A stretch of DNA of 35,495 bases. Source: a virus. Taxonomy: Duplodnaviria; Caudoviricetes. A model generated the notes under the pieces. The model saw nothing but the letters and a program-made list of their open reading frames with translations. It was not told the DNA's origin and ran no database searches. The position numbers and the translations under genes are program-made. The DNA lies in IMG/VR virus record IMGVR_UViG_3300046779_000859, positions 1 to 35,495 of that record; one strand, given 5' to 3'. Positions within the stretch are counted from its first letter, which is position 1; every line of letters starts with the position of its first letter. Positions 10,720-19,567 of the stretch are shown one piece after another.

Positions 10720-12120
10720 TTATACATACATCAAACCACACTGCTCAATCTTGAACCAGTCGAAACCGAATTGAGTCAACATGTAAACTACATAGTTGTC
10801 ATTTGGTCCCAAGCGACGTGGAGAAGCAGCTCCATCATCCCATACTTTCATGAAACGATCTTCACCGTCCATTGATTTGTATGCAAGTTCTACGCAGTTA
10901 CGCATTACACCTTGAGCGTCAGCAGACTTCTCAGCAGGGATGAAGAATCCGTAGTCAGCAAACTTGGCGTTTGATACAGCTCCGAACATTACTGGATCAT
11001 AAGACAAGTCGAATGATTTCAAGTGTAAGTTCTTACCGTTCAAAGTAATAGTGCTGAATGCGAATGTAGACATCATTGTCTCGAAATCAGTGTTGTTTCC
11101 GAAGATAACTTTAGCACCCTCTTGACGAGTAGACGCGATGTTTACGTTATTAGTGTAGCTCAACAACTCTTGTTCAGCAGCTACATATAGGTCTTTTGAT
11201 AACAATCCCATAAGGTCTGTTCCAACCCAATTAGCTTTCAAACCATTTACAAGGTTGTAGAAATCATCAACCAAAGTTGCTTGAGTCCAAGCCTCTTGAA
11301 CAGCGCGATCTTTGAATGTTTCAACCATACCTTTAGTAGTACTTGGCTGACCTGAAGCAGTTGTAGTGTCTCCATAAACCATAGCACCAACTAATCCCAA
11401 CAAGTGACGATATTCGTGTTGAGCAAACAAGTGTGTGTGGAATCCTTTTAAAGATTTTCCATCATCCATCATTACAGGATATAACTTGTCAGTCAAAGCA
11501 TCACCAGTGATTTTAGCGGTTGTCTTGTGACGTTGTAGGTTGAAAGAGAATTTCTCCCAGTAACTAGCTTTAGCTTCTGGCTGTGCAGTATCTTCATCAA
11601 ATGCAGATGAGTAGATAACTAAAGTAGGTGCTGTAGCTCCCCAGTTAGTACCATCAAGAGTAACAACTGTGAAATCATAAGTTCCGTTGTTGTTGTCAAC
11701 CTTAGCTGTGATACGTCCTTTTGTTTCAGTAACAAGGTCGATAACCAAGTCACCAACTACAGGGTATACATAGTAGTCTGGAGATGTAGGTTGAGTAGAA
11801 TCAATTTCCTGAGCAGCATTGAATGTAAATGTCTCAGAAGCAGCACCACCAGCCCAAGCTGAAATATTAGCAGCAGGAAGCGTGCTGTGGTAACGATTCT
11901 CTTCAAAGTGGAAACCCCCGTTAGAGTTTGTGATTACACGCTTTGCACCTTGAGCAATCAAAAGGTTCAAAAGATCTAATCCTTGACCACCAAAACGACG
12001 ATAAAGTTTGGTAGATACATCTGGAGGAAGTGCGTCAATAGACGACAATAGGGTGTGTTGGCTATAACCGGCTGCGCCTGTGCCATACGAGTGATTTATT
12101 ACTGGAACTGTAGTTGCCAT
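10720..12120 (-). CDS. Major capsid protein (crAss-like)
   Basis: 466 aa in the TerL-portal-X-MCP-Y order; RFGGQG, FHFEENR, SSAFDEDT and TTKG motifs; A-rich leader; followed by a terminator. Confidence 0.85.
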   Translation of the reverse strand: MATTVPVINHSYGTGAAGYSQHTLLSSIDALPPDVSTKLYRRFGGQGLDLLNLLIAQGAKRVITNSNGGFHFEENRYHSTLPAANISAWAGGAASETFTFNAAQEIDSTQPTSPDYYVYPVVGDLVIDLVTETKGRITAKVDNNNGTYDFTVVTLDGTNWGATAPTLVIYSSAFDEDTAQPEAKASYWEKFSFNLQRHKTTAKITGDALTDKLYPVMMDDGKSLKGFHTHLFAQHEYRHLLGLVGAMVYGDTTTASGQPSTTKGMVETFKDRAVQEAWTQATLVDDFYNLVNGLKANWVGTDLMGLLSKDLYVAAEQELLSYTNNVNIASTRQEGAKVIFGNNTDFETMMSTFAFSTITLNGKNLHLKSFDLSYDPVMFGAVSNAKFADYGFFIPAEKSADAQGVMRNCVELAYKSMDGEDRFMKVWDDGAASPRRLGPNDNYVVYMLTQFGFDWFKIEQCGLMYV

Positions 12121-12143
12121 TTTTTTTGTTTTTTAAAGGTTTA

Positions 12144-13307
12144 TTAAAGTCCCAACGCTGCTCTTGTAGCTGAAAGGTGTGGACTCTCCTTTACATCGTA
12201 ATTTGGGGCGTCTTTACGGTCTACTACTTTTCCGCCATTGTGCACATTTCTGACGGTATCCTCCTTAATTTTGCCAGCCGCAGATTTAAGGACTTGTTTC
12301 ATAATTTGGTCTCTGTTTTCTAACCATACCCGGTTTTCTAAGACCTTCATAGCCGTTTCAATTCCCTGACTATCAGGGTTTAACCCCAACATGTATTGTT
12401 GAATATCTGGTATGAAGCGTTGTAAATCATCTTTGCTTACCGCATAATTTACTGTTACTTCTCCAACATCTTCAACATTCAATGTAATAGGAATAGATTG
12501 CATTTTAGTGGGGATATCCTGAAGGATTTTCTGCCACTGGCCTGCTCTCTCATCCATAGCCCGTTGGCTATCAGCACGTTGGTTTTGCAAATATGTAAAG
12601 TAATCTTGGTTTGAATCAAACTCTTTTCGTTTGTTTTCAATACTTTTCAACGCTTTCTGTGCTTCAATGCGAAGAGACACAGGCATTTCATCTACGTTGT
12701 CATACTTAGTATCTACATCTAAGTTGTTTTTATTAGCAACGTATTCCATTACTCTATCAAAACCTAAGATAGCTAAGTCCTTATCATTAAGGATTTCTAA
12801 GATAGCTAATGCACGAACTGGATCTGTCTTTAACTGATCGTCTGATGTGTTTAAGATTTCGGCGGCTAAATTCAAATCGTCAATACCTGTGGTTCTAACG
12901 AAATTATTTAAACGCTGAATATTGTCATTTGCAAACGGCTTTTGAATATCGTTAGCATAAGGGATTACATGCTCAACCTCCTTATACTTGTTAGCCATTT
13001 GCTCATACTCTTTAGCCTTCTCTATGTAGCTTTTTAATTCTTCGGCATTGTTGAATCCAAGCTGAGAAAAGTCAAAAGATGTTTGAGGCGGAGTATCATC
13101 GCTGTTATCAATTACTTGATTATCATTTGATGAAACCGACTGCAAATCATCTTGACTAATGGTTTGAGTTTGAGTTAAATCCGTATTACTATCATCATTA
13201 GATACAGTGTATTTCTGCATCTCTTGATCAATACGGTCTTGCGACCATCCTTCAATGGCCGCTGTTGCAGCTACATCAGCTGGCAAATAGTTGTTGTTAC
13301 CTTCCAT
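12144..13307 (-). CDS. Putative scaffolding protein (gene 77-like by position)
   Basis: 387 aa, acidic disordered N-terminus and helical remainder, between portal and major capsid. Confidence 0.6.
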   Translation of the reverse strand: MEGNNNYLPADVAATAAIEGWSQDRIDQEMQKYTVSNDDSNTDLTQTQTISQDDLQSVSSNDNQVIDNSDDTPPQTSFDFSQLGFNNAEELKSYIEKAKEYEQMANKYKEVEHVIPYANDIQKPFANDNIQRLNNFVRTTGIDDLNLAAEILNTSDDQLKTDPVRALAILEILNDKDLAILGFDRVMEYVANKNNLDVDTKYDNVDEMPVSLRIEAQKALKSIENKRKEFDSNQDYFTYLQNQRADSQRAMDERAGQWQKILQDIPTKMQSIPITLNVEDVGEVTVNYAVSKDDLQRFIPDIQQYMLGLNPDSQGIETAMKVLENRVWLENRDQIMKQVLKSAAGKIKEDTVRNVHNGGKVVDRKDAPNYDVKESPHLSATRAALGL

Positions 13308-13312
13308 AGTTA

Positions 13313-15622
13313 TTATAAGTTACCTGATATTTCTACCTCTTTTTGCTTTTCTAAAGTTCCCTCTTGAGCAAGTTCTGCCATACGGTGTTGGTGCTTCAAA
13401 TCTTCCAACAACGCCTTTTGTTGGTATTCAGTAAGCATTCTACCCGTTTTAATTTGTTCAAGGGCAGCCTCAGCACGAGCCTTAGCCTCTTGAGCCATCA
13501 TGGCAGACTTCTGTTGCTCCTGTGCGGTTATTTGAATTGCTCTAAGTTTCTCCTCTTCCATGCGCTTTCTTGAACGCTCTTCAGATAGGTTTAAATACCA
13601 TGAGGCAAACTCCTCATTACCCTTTTCAAGCTCCTTCTCTATAAATAGGAAGTCACTCATTGTAATACCTATCATTCCACTCTTTCCTGCTTTCATTGAC
13701 TCTGTGGCGGCTGTCAAAATTATGCGCTTACGCTCATTTGTAGGAGCTGAAGTCATTGTGATTCCTAATTGCTCAAGAGTCAAATCTTCAAACGCATTTA
13801 ATGCATTCATTCTTTCAGTACCGATAATATGCTCGTAATACTTCTGAACCTCCTTATCAAAGTGCATGTTGGTACGAGTCTTTAGAACAATCTTCTTAGC
13901 CGCCTTCTCTTTCAATCTCATCAAAGCCTTCTTCAATGGATATAAGGCGTGGTTAGTTGCGTCTACCTCCATTTGAGATATACCTAACCCCTTATCAGGA
14001 TTCTCAGTAGGCATAGCAGCCATAGCTGGAGTAATACCTGCTAAGTCCATAACTCTGTTCATATCATCCTGCCAACATGTTAACCACTCCTGCAACTGAG
14101 GACCGATACCACCAGGAAGTTCATTGATAGCATTGTATCCACCCCCCTTGTTTAAAAGGTCAGTCTTAGACTGAATGAACTGATTACCCGTTTGACGACG
14201 TATGCGAATAAGCTCTAATGGAGACATCTTTCCAAATCCCATATCCATATTAGCTAATAAACCAATATCAATGATAAGACCTTTAGGTGCTGCACTCCAT
14301 TTGGCGGCTTGTAATTTAATCCAAGTTAACATCAATGAGTCAAGATGCGGCTTCCATCTTTCTACGATGGATTTACCTGGAACACGCTCAAAGAAATAGG
14401 ATAACACTACGTTACCCTTTGTATCTCTCATCATATTCTTTTGCAAACCAAAATCGTAAACGAACTTAGTTCCAAGAATATGCTTTCCTTCATATAGATT
14501 CTGCACGCATGTTACATCAGTCTTTCTTGTTCGACCATCAGCATACGGCTTCTTAATTTGACCAAACTCCTCTTTACCATACACATACATTCCGTCCTTC
14601 TTTTGACGTCCTGTATAGTATTCGTAGTCATTGGCTTTATATTCAAAATGAAGAACCTCAACAACGAAGTCCTCCCAAATATATCTTCCTGTTACAGGAT
14701 CTTTTCTATTAAAGTTAAAGTCCTTGTCACTATAACCTTGAGTCTCGTAATAGATTCGTGCAAGATTTTCAAGGTCCATAGGTGTAGCACCCAAAGCCAA
14801 AAGCTTATCTTTAATGTCCTTAATTTGAACTCGCTCAATATGTCCTGCAAAAGCTGGCTCCTGTTCTTCATTCTCATCAATATATGCGGTTACAAATGAC
14901 GCTGGATTTACAAACTTAACTCTTGTAGAACCATCATCCTCAGTATATACACGTCCTACTGCAAAGTTTGTCTCAACAAGCTTTTCAATAGTACGTAAAC
15001 GAGTCTTATCCCAATCACTAATGTTGAACGCATGCTCAACAATATCCTCCATAGCTGATTCCAATGGAAGTTGGAAGCCATGGTACTTCTCATACATATT
15101 TAACTCAGCCTCAGTACTTGGCGCCCAATCGTATATTACTGGCGGCAATCCAATTTCAGCGCGAATAGGATTTAAGATAGTATTGTCATAATACATCTTC
15201 CACTTCAAATACTGCTTCTCGTGTTTAGCGTCTTTGGTTAAACATTCAACATTTACCTTATAATCGCTAGATGCAAGAACTGATTTAATAACAGAAACAA
15301 ACTTAGGCGCAGGACTTACAATCTCATAGCTTACGTTTGTATATGCTTTACGAGAGTACTCAGTAAAGTTTCTGTCAGTTTGGTTCTTATCATTCTTAAC
15401 GCCCAAAAACCAATCACGGTAAGGGGCAGAAGATTGTCTTGCCTCAGAATAGTCAACCATCATTTGAAACCAACCTGTAGCACTATGACCAAACAAAGTT
15501 CTACCGTTGTACCAACGAGAATAGATAGCTTGGGCTACCTGACGGATATAATCAAGCTGGTTTTTTTGCTCTTTAGGCACGTTGTCGGATGGGAATCCGA
15601 TTATTTCGCTGAATTTCAACAT
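13313..15622 (-). CDS. Portal protein
   Basis: ~770 aa after TerL; GFPSDNVP, PAPKFV, KSIVER and DLAGIT motifs; C-terminal coiled coil. ATG at 15622 (the track uses TTG 15631). Confidence 0.88.
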   Translation of the reverse strand: MLKFSEIIGFPSDNVPKEQKNQLDYIRQVAQAIYSRWYNGRTLFGHSATGWFQMMVDYSEARQSSAPYRDWFLGVKNDKNQTDRNFTEYSRKAYTNVSYEIVSPAPKFVSVIKSVLASSDYKVNVECLTKDAKHEKQYLKWKMYYDNTILNPIRAEIGLPPVIYDWAPSTEAELNMYEKYHGFQLPLESAMEDIVEHAFNISDWDKTRLRTIEKLVETNFAVGRVYTEDDGSTRVKFVNPASFVTAYIDENEEQEPAFAGHIERVQIKDIKDKLLALGATPMDLENLARIYYETQGYSDKDFNFNRKDPVTGRYIWEDFVVEVLHFEYKANDYEYYTGRQKKDGMYVYGKEEFGQIKKPYADGRTRKTDVTCVQNLYEGKHILGTKFVYDFGLQKNMMRDTKGNVVLSYFFERVPGKSIVERWKPHLDSLMLTWIKLQAAKWSAAPKGLIIDIGLLANMDMGFGKMSPLELIRIRRQTGNQFIQSKTDLLNKGGGYNAINELPGGIGPQLQEWLTCWQDDMNRVMDLAGITPAMAAMPTENPDKGLGISQMEVDATNHALYPLKKALMRLKEKAAKKIVLKTRTNMHFDKEVQKYYEHIIGTERMNALNAFEDLTLEQLGITMTSAPTNERKRIILTAATESMKAGKSGMIGITMSDFLFIEKELEKGNEEFASWYLNLSEERSRKRMEEEKLRAIQITAQEQQKSAMMAQEAKARAEAALEQIKTGRMLTEYQQKALLEDLKHQHRMAELAQEGTLEKQKEVEISGNL

Positions 15623-15628
15623 TATTGG

Positions 15629-15655
15629 CAAATATATTAATCTATTACAAAATTA
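15629..15655 (-). promoter_or_regulatory. Two tandem TAnnTTTG (-7) elements upstream of portal
   Basis: TATATTTG (15636-15629) and TAATTTTG (15655-15648). Confidence 0.5.
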
Positions 15656-15682
15656 CTATGCAATTTTTAATATTTATTCAAC

Positions 15683-18100
15683 TTAATCGAAAAATTCAAG
15701 CAAATCATTCATTATGCGAGTTGAATTTGCCTCTTGAATGTATTTTGGAAAGGCACTCTTTGCACCAAGGAGAGCCATGCCCCCTGCTGAGAATAAGTCA
15801 TAGTTAGTCATTTCGCTTGGATCGTTAATCTCCAAACACTCCTCAAGAAGCTCTAAATGGTTATCATTCTTACCAAACATTCTAATGTAGTTCATGTATT
15901 CCGTGAAGATTTGCTCCTTATCCGCCTCACCCGTATAACGTCCAGGCGCAGGAACTAACTTACCATTAGCATCAATGTCATTTAATAGATACCCCTCATA
16001 TCCCCACTCTCTAAACTTCTCTATTACAATAGGTACGTTTCTCTCAGGATATACGTGAGCACCAAACAGTAACGCTAACTTTAACATGTCCTCGCAATAC
16101 GTATTACCATCATCAACACGAATGTTATACGTCACAACAAACTTATTTGATATCCATTGGTCCAAAGGTTTCTCAGTATAGTCTGTACTTGGATCGTGCT
16201 TGTAAAAAACAGCACCACCACCATTAGACTTCCTTCTACCCTTAACATCTCGATTATTGAACTTAAACGGGTCACATCCAAGTATATACTTATTTACAAC
16301 TTCAGATGCTGGATACCAACTATTCTTTTCAGAATCAAAATACTTCTTATTTCTAAAATCCTCACTCGGAAGATATGATACAACATACTTACCCTCAGGA
16401 TCATCTGTTACAATCACATTACTTCCAAAGCCATTAGACCAATCTAATTTAACCGTTCTTGTTCTAAACAGCCTATCAAACTTTAATTGGTTTATTCTAC
16501 TTCTTAATATAGAAAGGTCAAAGTTTGAGTTCTTACTTGCTTTAGAGGCGGCTTCCTGTAAAGTCCATGGGTTATCTCGAATCTCACCATTCAAACGAAG
16601 GTCAAGACCCTTCTCCTCAAGGTCTTTACGAGTATTCATTAATATTGTTTTAGCTCCACGTGTAACGATATTCCCTTCAAGGTTTCTGACTGGTTCCAAA
16701 GGGTCTTCGATGATAGAGATTCCGTACTCGTCCACACATTCGTCATACCCGTCGTATGCCGGGATGAAAAGCGTGAATAAGCCGCTTGTAGTGAATCCGT
16801 TTTCGTTTCGTTCGTCATAGTATGATGATTTAATTAAGTCAAAGAACTCCTTACCACCCCCTGCCTCAAACTCTCCAAGCGTAGATGTAAACATAGCTAA
16901 TCCGTTAATACGCAGACCTTGAGATAAACACTTTCGTACAACGTCCTGCCATCTTCTTGGAATTGATACCCCACTATCCCCGTGCTTACCACCCTCATCA
17001 TCTAAGTAGGCGTGAAGCTTCTGACCATCAAAAGCTCTTTCACTTGATGCGCGAGCTTCAATCCAACCATCATGGCTTGCAATTCTGTTTTGCGATACAC
17101 CTTGAGTTCTGGCGGCTGGATATGTAAAGGATAACTTCTCCTTTGGAAAGTCAGTACCATCATGTGCAGGTTTATAAAAGAACGGAATCTTTCTCCACGG
17201 TTTAACAACCTTATCTAAGTAAACGTCCTCTTTAGCCTGCCTCTCTGTAATAGACTGAATACCACCCTTCTGCTGCTTGCGCTCAGTTGTTATACAATAC
17301 AATATACACGACGCCTGAGATGTCGCTCCAATACGTCTTCGTTTTGGGAATATGTAACCATAGCATGTTCTATATCCCATATCAACTACATACTTGCCCT
17401 CATCAATATAGGCGGCTGGATATCTTGATGCAAAATCCTCAGCGTTCTTAACTCTTTGGAAGAACTTCTGACGTATATCCCCCTCACTCCTGTATGTAAC
17501 ACGATACTTATATACAGCATCGGTTGTTGTGTAGCAGTGCTTTGCGAATAGGAATATGCGGCGATCCAAATCTCGATACCACGGAAGTGAATCGGGTCTT
17601 GTCTCATTTTGAATATCCCAAAAGTTTATATACACATAATGCCACCCATCAATATAGGTTGGCTTTCCATTATTGAAAAACCAATACCCTTGATAGCGCC
17701 TTTTAATCTGAATCTGTATCCACTCAATCTCACTTCTATACTCCAAACGATTCTCCTCTAATTCAGAGTAGATATCATCCTGAGTAACCGCCTCCCTCTT
17801 TTTCATCTTCTTTTTACGGCGAATAATATCTTGTATGTTCTTTAGCTTATCTGGAACAGTTTGATGTTTAAACTTTTGATTCTTAGGGTGAAGTCCATAT
17901 CCATCTATTAATTGAACGGCTTCATCCCAAGGTTTACCATAGAATGACTCAACCGAAGGTAGCTTGACCTTGAGTGTTTCAAGAACGGGATCGTCGCCAT
18001 GATATACAGCGTACTCATCCTCCTTCTTATATGTTTCATGGTATTTACTAATTGCCAACTTCGGGGAATATTTGATTAGCTTTTGATTTTCCTGGTACAA
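15683..18100 (-). CDS. terL: Terminase large subunit
   Basis: GYWFFNNGKPTYIDG, Walker A KRRRIGAT, Walker B YLDDEGGK, coupling motif TST, nuclease GCDP and C-terminal YD. Start uncertain (TTG at 18100 or 18058). Confidence 0.93.
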   Translation of the reverse strand: MYQENQKLIKYSPKLAISKYHETYKKEDEYAVYHGDDPVLETLKVKLPSVESFYGKPWDEAVQLIDGYGLHPKNQKFKHQTVPDKLKNIQDIIRRKKKMKKREAVTQDDIYSELEENRLEYRSEIEWIQIQIKRRYQGYWFFNNGKPTYIDGWHYVYINFWDIQNETRPDSLPWYRDLDRRIFLFAKHCYTTTDAVYKYRVTYRSEGDIRQKFFQRVKNAEDFASRYPAAYIDEGKYVVDMGYRTCYGYIFPKRRRIGATSQASCILYCITTERKQQKGGIQSITERQAKEDVYLDKVVKPWRKIPFFYKPAHDGTDFPKEKLSFTYPAARTQGVSQNRIASHDGWIEARASSERAFDGQKLHAYLDDEGGKHGDSGVSIPRRWQDVVRKCLSQGLRINGLAMFTSTLGEFEAGGGKEFFDLIKSSYYDERNENGFTTSGLFTLFIPAYDGYDECVDEYGISIIEDPLEPVRNLEGNIVTRGAKTILMNTRKDLEEKGLDLRLNGEIRDNPWTLQEAASKASKNSNFDLSILRSRINQLKFDRLFRTRTVKLDWSNGFGSNVIVTDDPEGKYVVSYLPSEDFRNKKYFDSEKNSWYPASEVVNKYILGCDPFKFNNRDVKGRRKSNGGGAVFYKHDPSTDYTEKPLDQWISNKFVVTYNIRVDDGNTYCEDMLKLALLFGAHVYPERNVPIVIEKFREWGYEGYLLNDIDANGKLVPAPGRYTGEADKEQIFTEYMNYIRMFGKNDNHLELLEECLEINDPSEMTNYDLFSAGGMALLGAKSAFPKYIQEANSTRIMNDLLEFFD

Positions 18101-18719
18101 CAGCTTCCGGAGCGAACATCATATACTCCTCAGGTCTTATACCTAAGTTTTCTTGAGCCAAGAATTTAGTTATCTCATTCTCAAGCGACTTAGTTGTCTC
18201 CCCCTGCATGAAACGATCTCTTGCATCACTTAACTGACGTCTAACTGTTTCAATGTTAGCCAAGTGATTCTTTTGATCGGCTGGATCTTCTGGAAGCTCA
18301 AGCTCAAGAAGATTATACAGCATCTCCTCTGCACGTATCATAATAGCCCAATCCTCAGGCTGTTGTAATCTCAAAAATAATAAAATCTTCGCACGTACAT
18401 TAGCATTTTTATTCAGAAGTATATCATTATATGCTTTTGGGTATGAGCCATCCTCATGAGGCTCTACACCTAACTCCCTTAATGCCCATGACTTTCTTTT
18501 ATTTAACTGCGGATAAGCCTCAATACCAGGACTTCCTGGACTATACATTAGTATGATATACCTCATCACAAAATCAGGCGTTATATCGCTCGGTAGACCT
18601 ATGGACTGACCGAACGTAGTAGCGTGCTGTGATAGGTCATGAAATTTAAATAGAACCTGATCCGTACTTGGTATACGGTCAATTCTATATTTCATCTTTA
18701 CAAATTTACTGCTATCCAT
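18048..18719 (-). CDS. Hypothetical protein, candidate terminase small subunit
   Basis: 223 aa, helical, overlaps the terL start; function inferred from position only. Confidence 0.4.
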   Translation of the reverse strand: MDSSKFVKMKYRIDRIPSTDQVLFKFHDLSQHATTFGQSIGLPSDITPDFVMRYIILMYSPGSPGIEAYPQLNKRKSWALRELGVEPHEDGSYPKAYNDILLNKNANVRAKILLFLRLQQPEDWAIMIRAEEMLYNLLELELPEDPADQKNHLANIETVRRQLSDARDRFMQGETTKSLENEITKFLAQENLGIRPEEYMMFAPEAVVPGKSKANQIFPEVGN

Positions 18720-19434
18720 TTTGTTTGGCTATTACAGAATGTGATTGAAAATATATAAACGGCTCTAAAATCCTATTGTATGAGAACTCAAGGTCTATTG
18801 GGTTTATTCTTCTCGTCTTTACAATCTCACCAACACTACACTCAACCTTCTTCCAATTAGACTTTAGTGGGAAGTTCTTTCTCCAGTCATACTTTAAATT
18901 GCCAGATGGAGCATACACAATCTCAAACATGTCAGGCTCATCACCAACAAGAGACGTGTGATCCAAAATAATTAAAGAGCTTGGAGACTCCTTCTTAACC
19001 CGATTACAAATCAAATAGTCATTCAATGCTAAAAACTCATCACCCCTCTTTCTTAAAACAAGTTCCTTATACGGCAAAAGGAGTAGATTTATAATCTCCC
19101 CATTATCCTCATACATGTAGTGAAACTCATCCTCTTTATTTGTCAAGGAGATTTTAGCAATAGCGTCCTGAGTGAACCAAACCTGATCTCCAGGCTCTAC
19201 TTCAACAGGTCCGTCCCATGAATAGTTTAGCTTTGGCCAATCCGCCTGATCATTAACAGACAGAACTGTGCCGTATCGAGCAGAAGCTAATATCTTAGCC
19301 TCATCACTCTTTGCAGAAAAACTAAACTTCTTTTCTCCAAGAACAAACTCTGGAGTTAATACGTATGGTATACGTACAATTACACGACCTCTACCCGGTC
19401 TGATTTTTTCTACCTCTTCCTTATTCAGAATCAT
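18712..19434 (-). CDS. GroES/Cpn10-like protein with two tandem domains
   Basis: KIRPGRGRVIVR...GTVLSV...VEPGDQVWF, then ALNDYLICNRVKKESPSSLII...SVGEIV. Confidence 0.65.
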   Translation of the reverse strand: MILNKEEVEKIRPGRGRVIVRIPYVLTPEFVLGEKKFSFSAKSDEAKILASARYGTVLSVNDQADWPKLNYSWDGPVEVEPGDQVWFTQDAIAKISLTNKEDEFHYMYEDNGEIINLLLLPYKELVLRKRGDEFLALNDYLICNRVKKESPSSLIILDHTSLVGDEPDMFEIVYAPSGNLKYDWRKNFPLKSNWKKVECSVGEIVKTRRINPIDLEFSYNRILEPFIYFQSHSVIAKQNG

Positions 19435-19539
19435 ATAACTAATTATAAGTCAACATCTCACGTCATAAACCAATAACTTTATGTTTTTGGATTATTTCGG
19501 AATTGTATTTTTGTTTTGCCTACCTTCCTGTTCAGAATT

Positions 19540-19565
19540 GGCGTCACAACGGTGGCGCCTTTTTT
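19540..19565 (+). terminator. Intrinsic terminator on the plus strand, antisense to the flanking genes
   Basis: GGCGTCAC-AACG-GTGGCGCC-TTTTTT; the G-U pair and U-tract work only on the plus strand. Confidence 0.55.
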
Positions 19566-19567
19566 GT

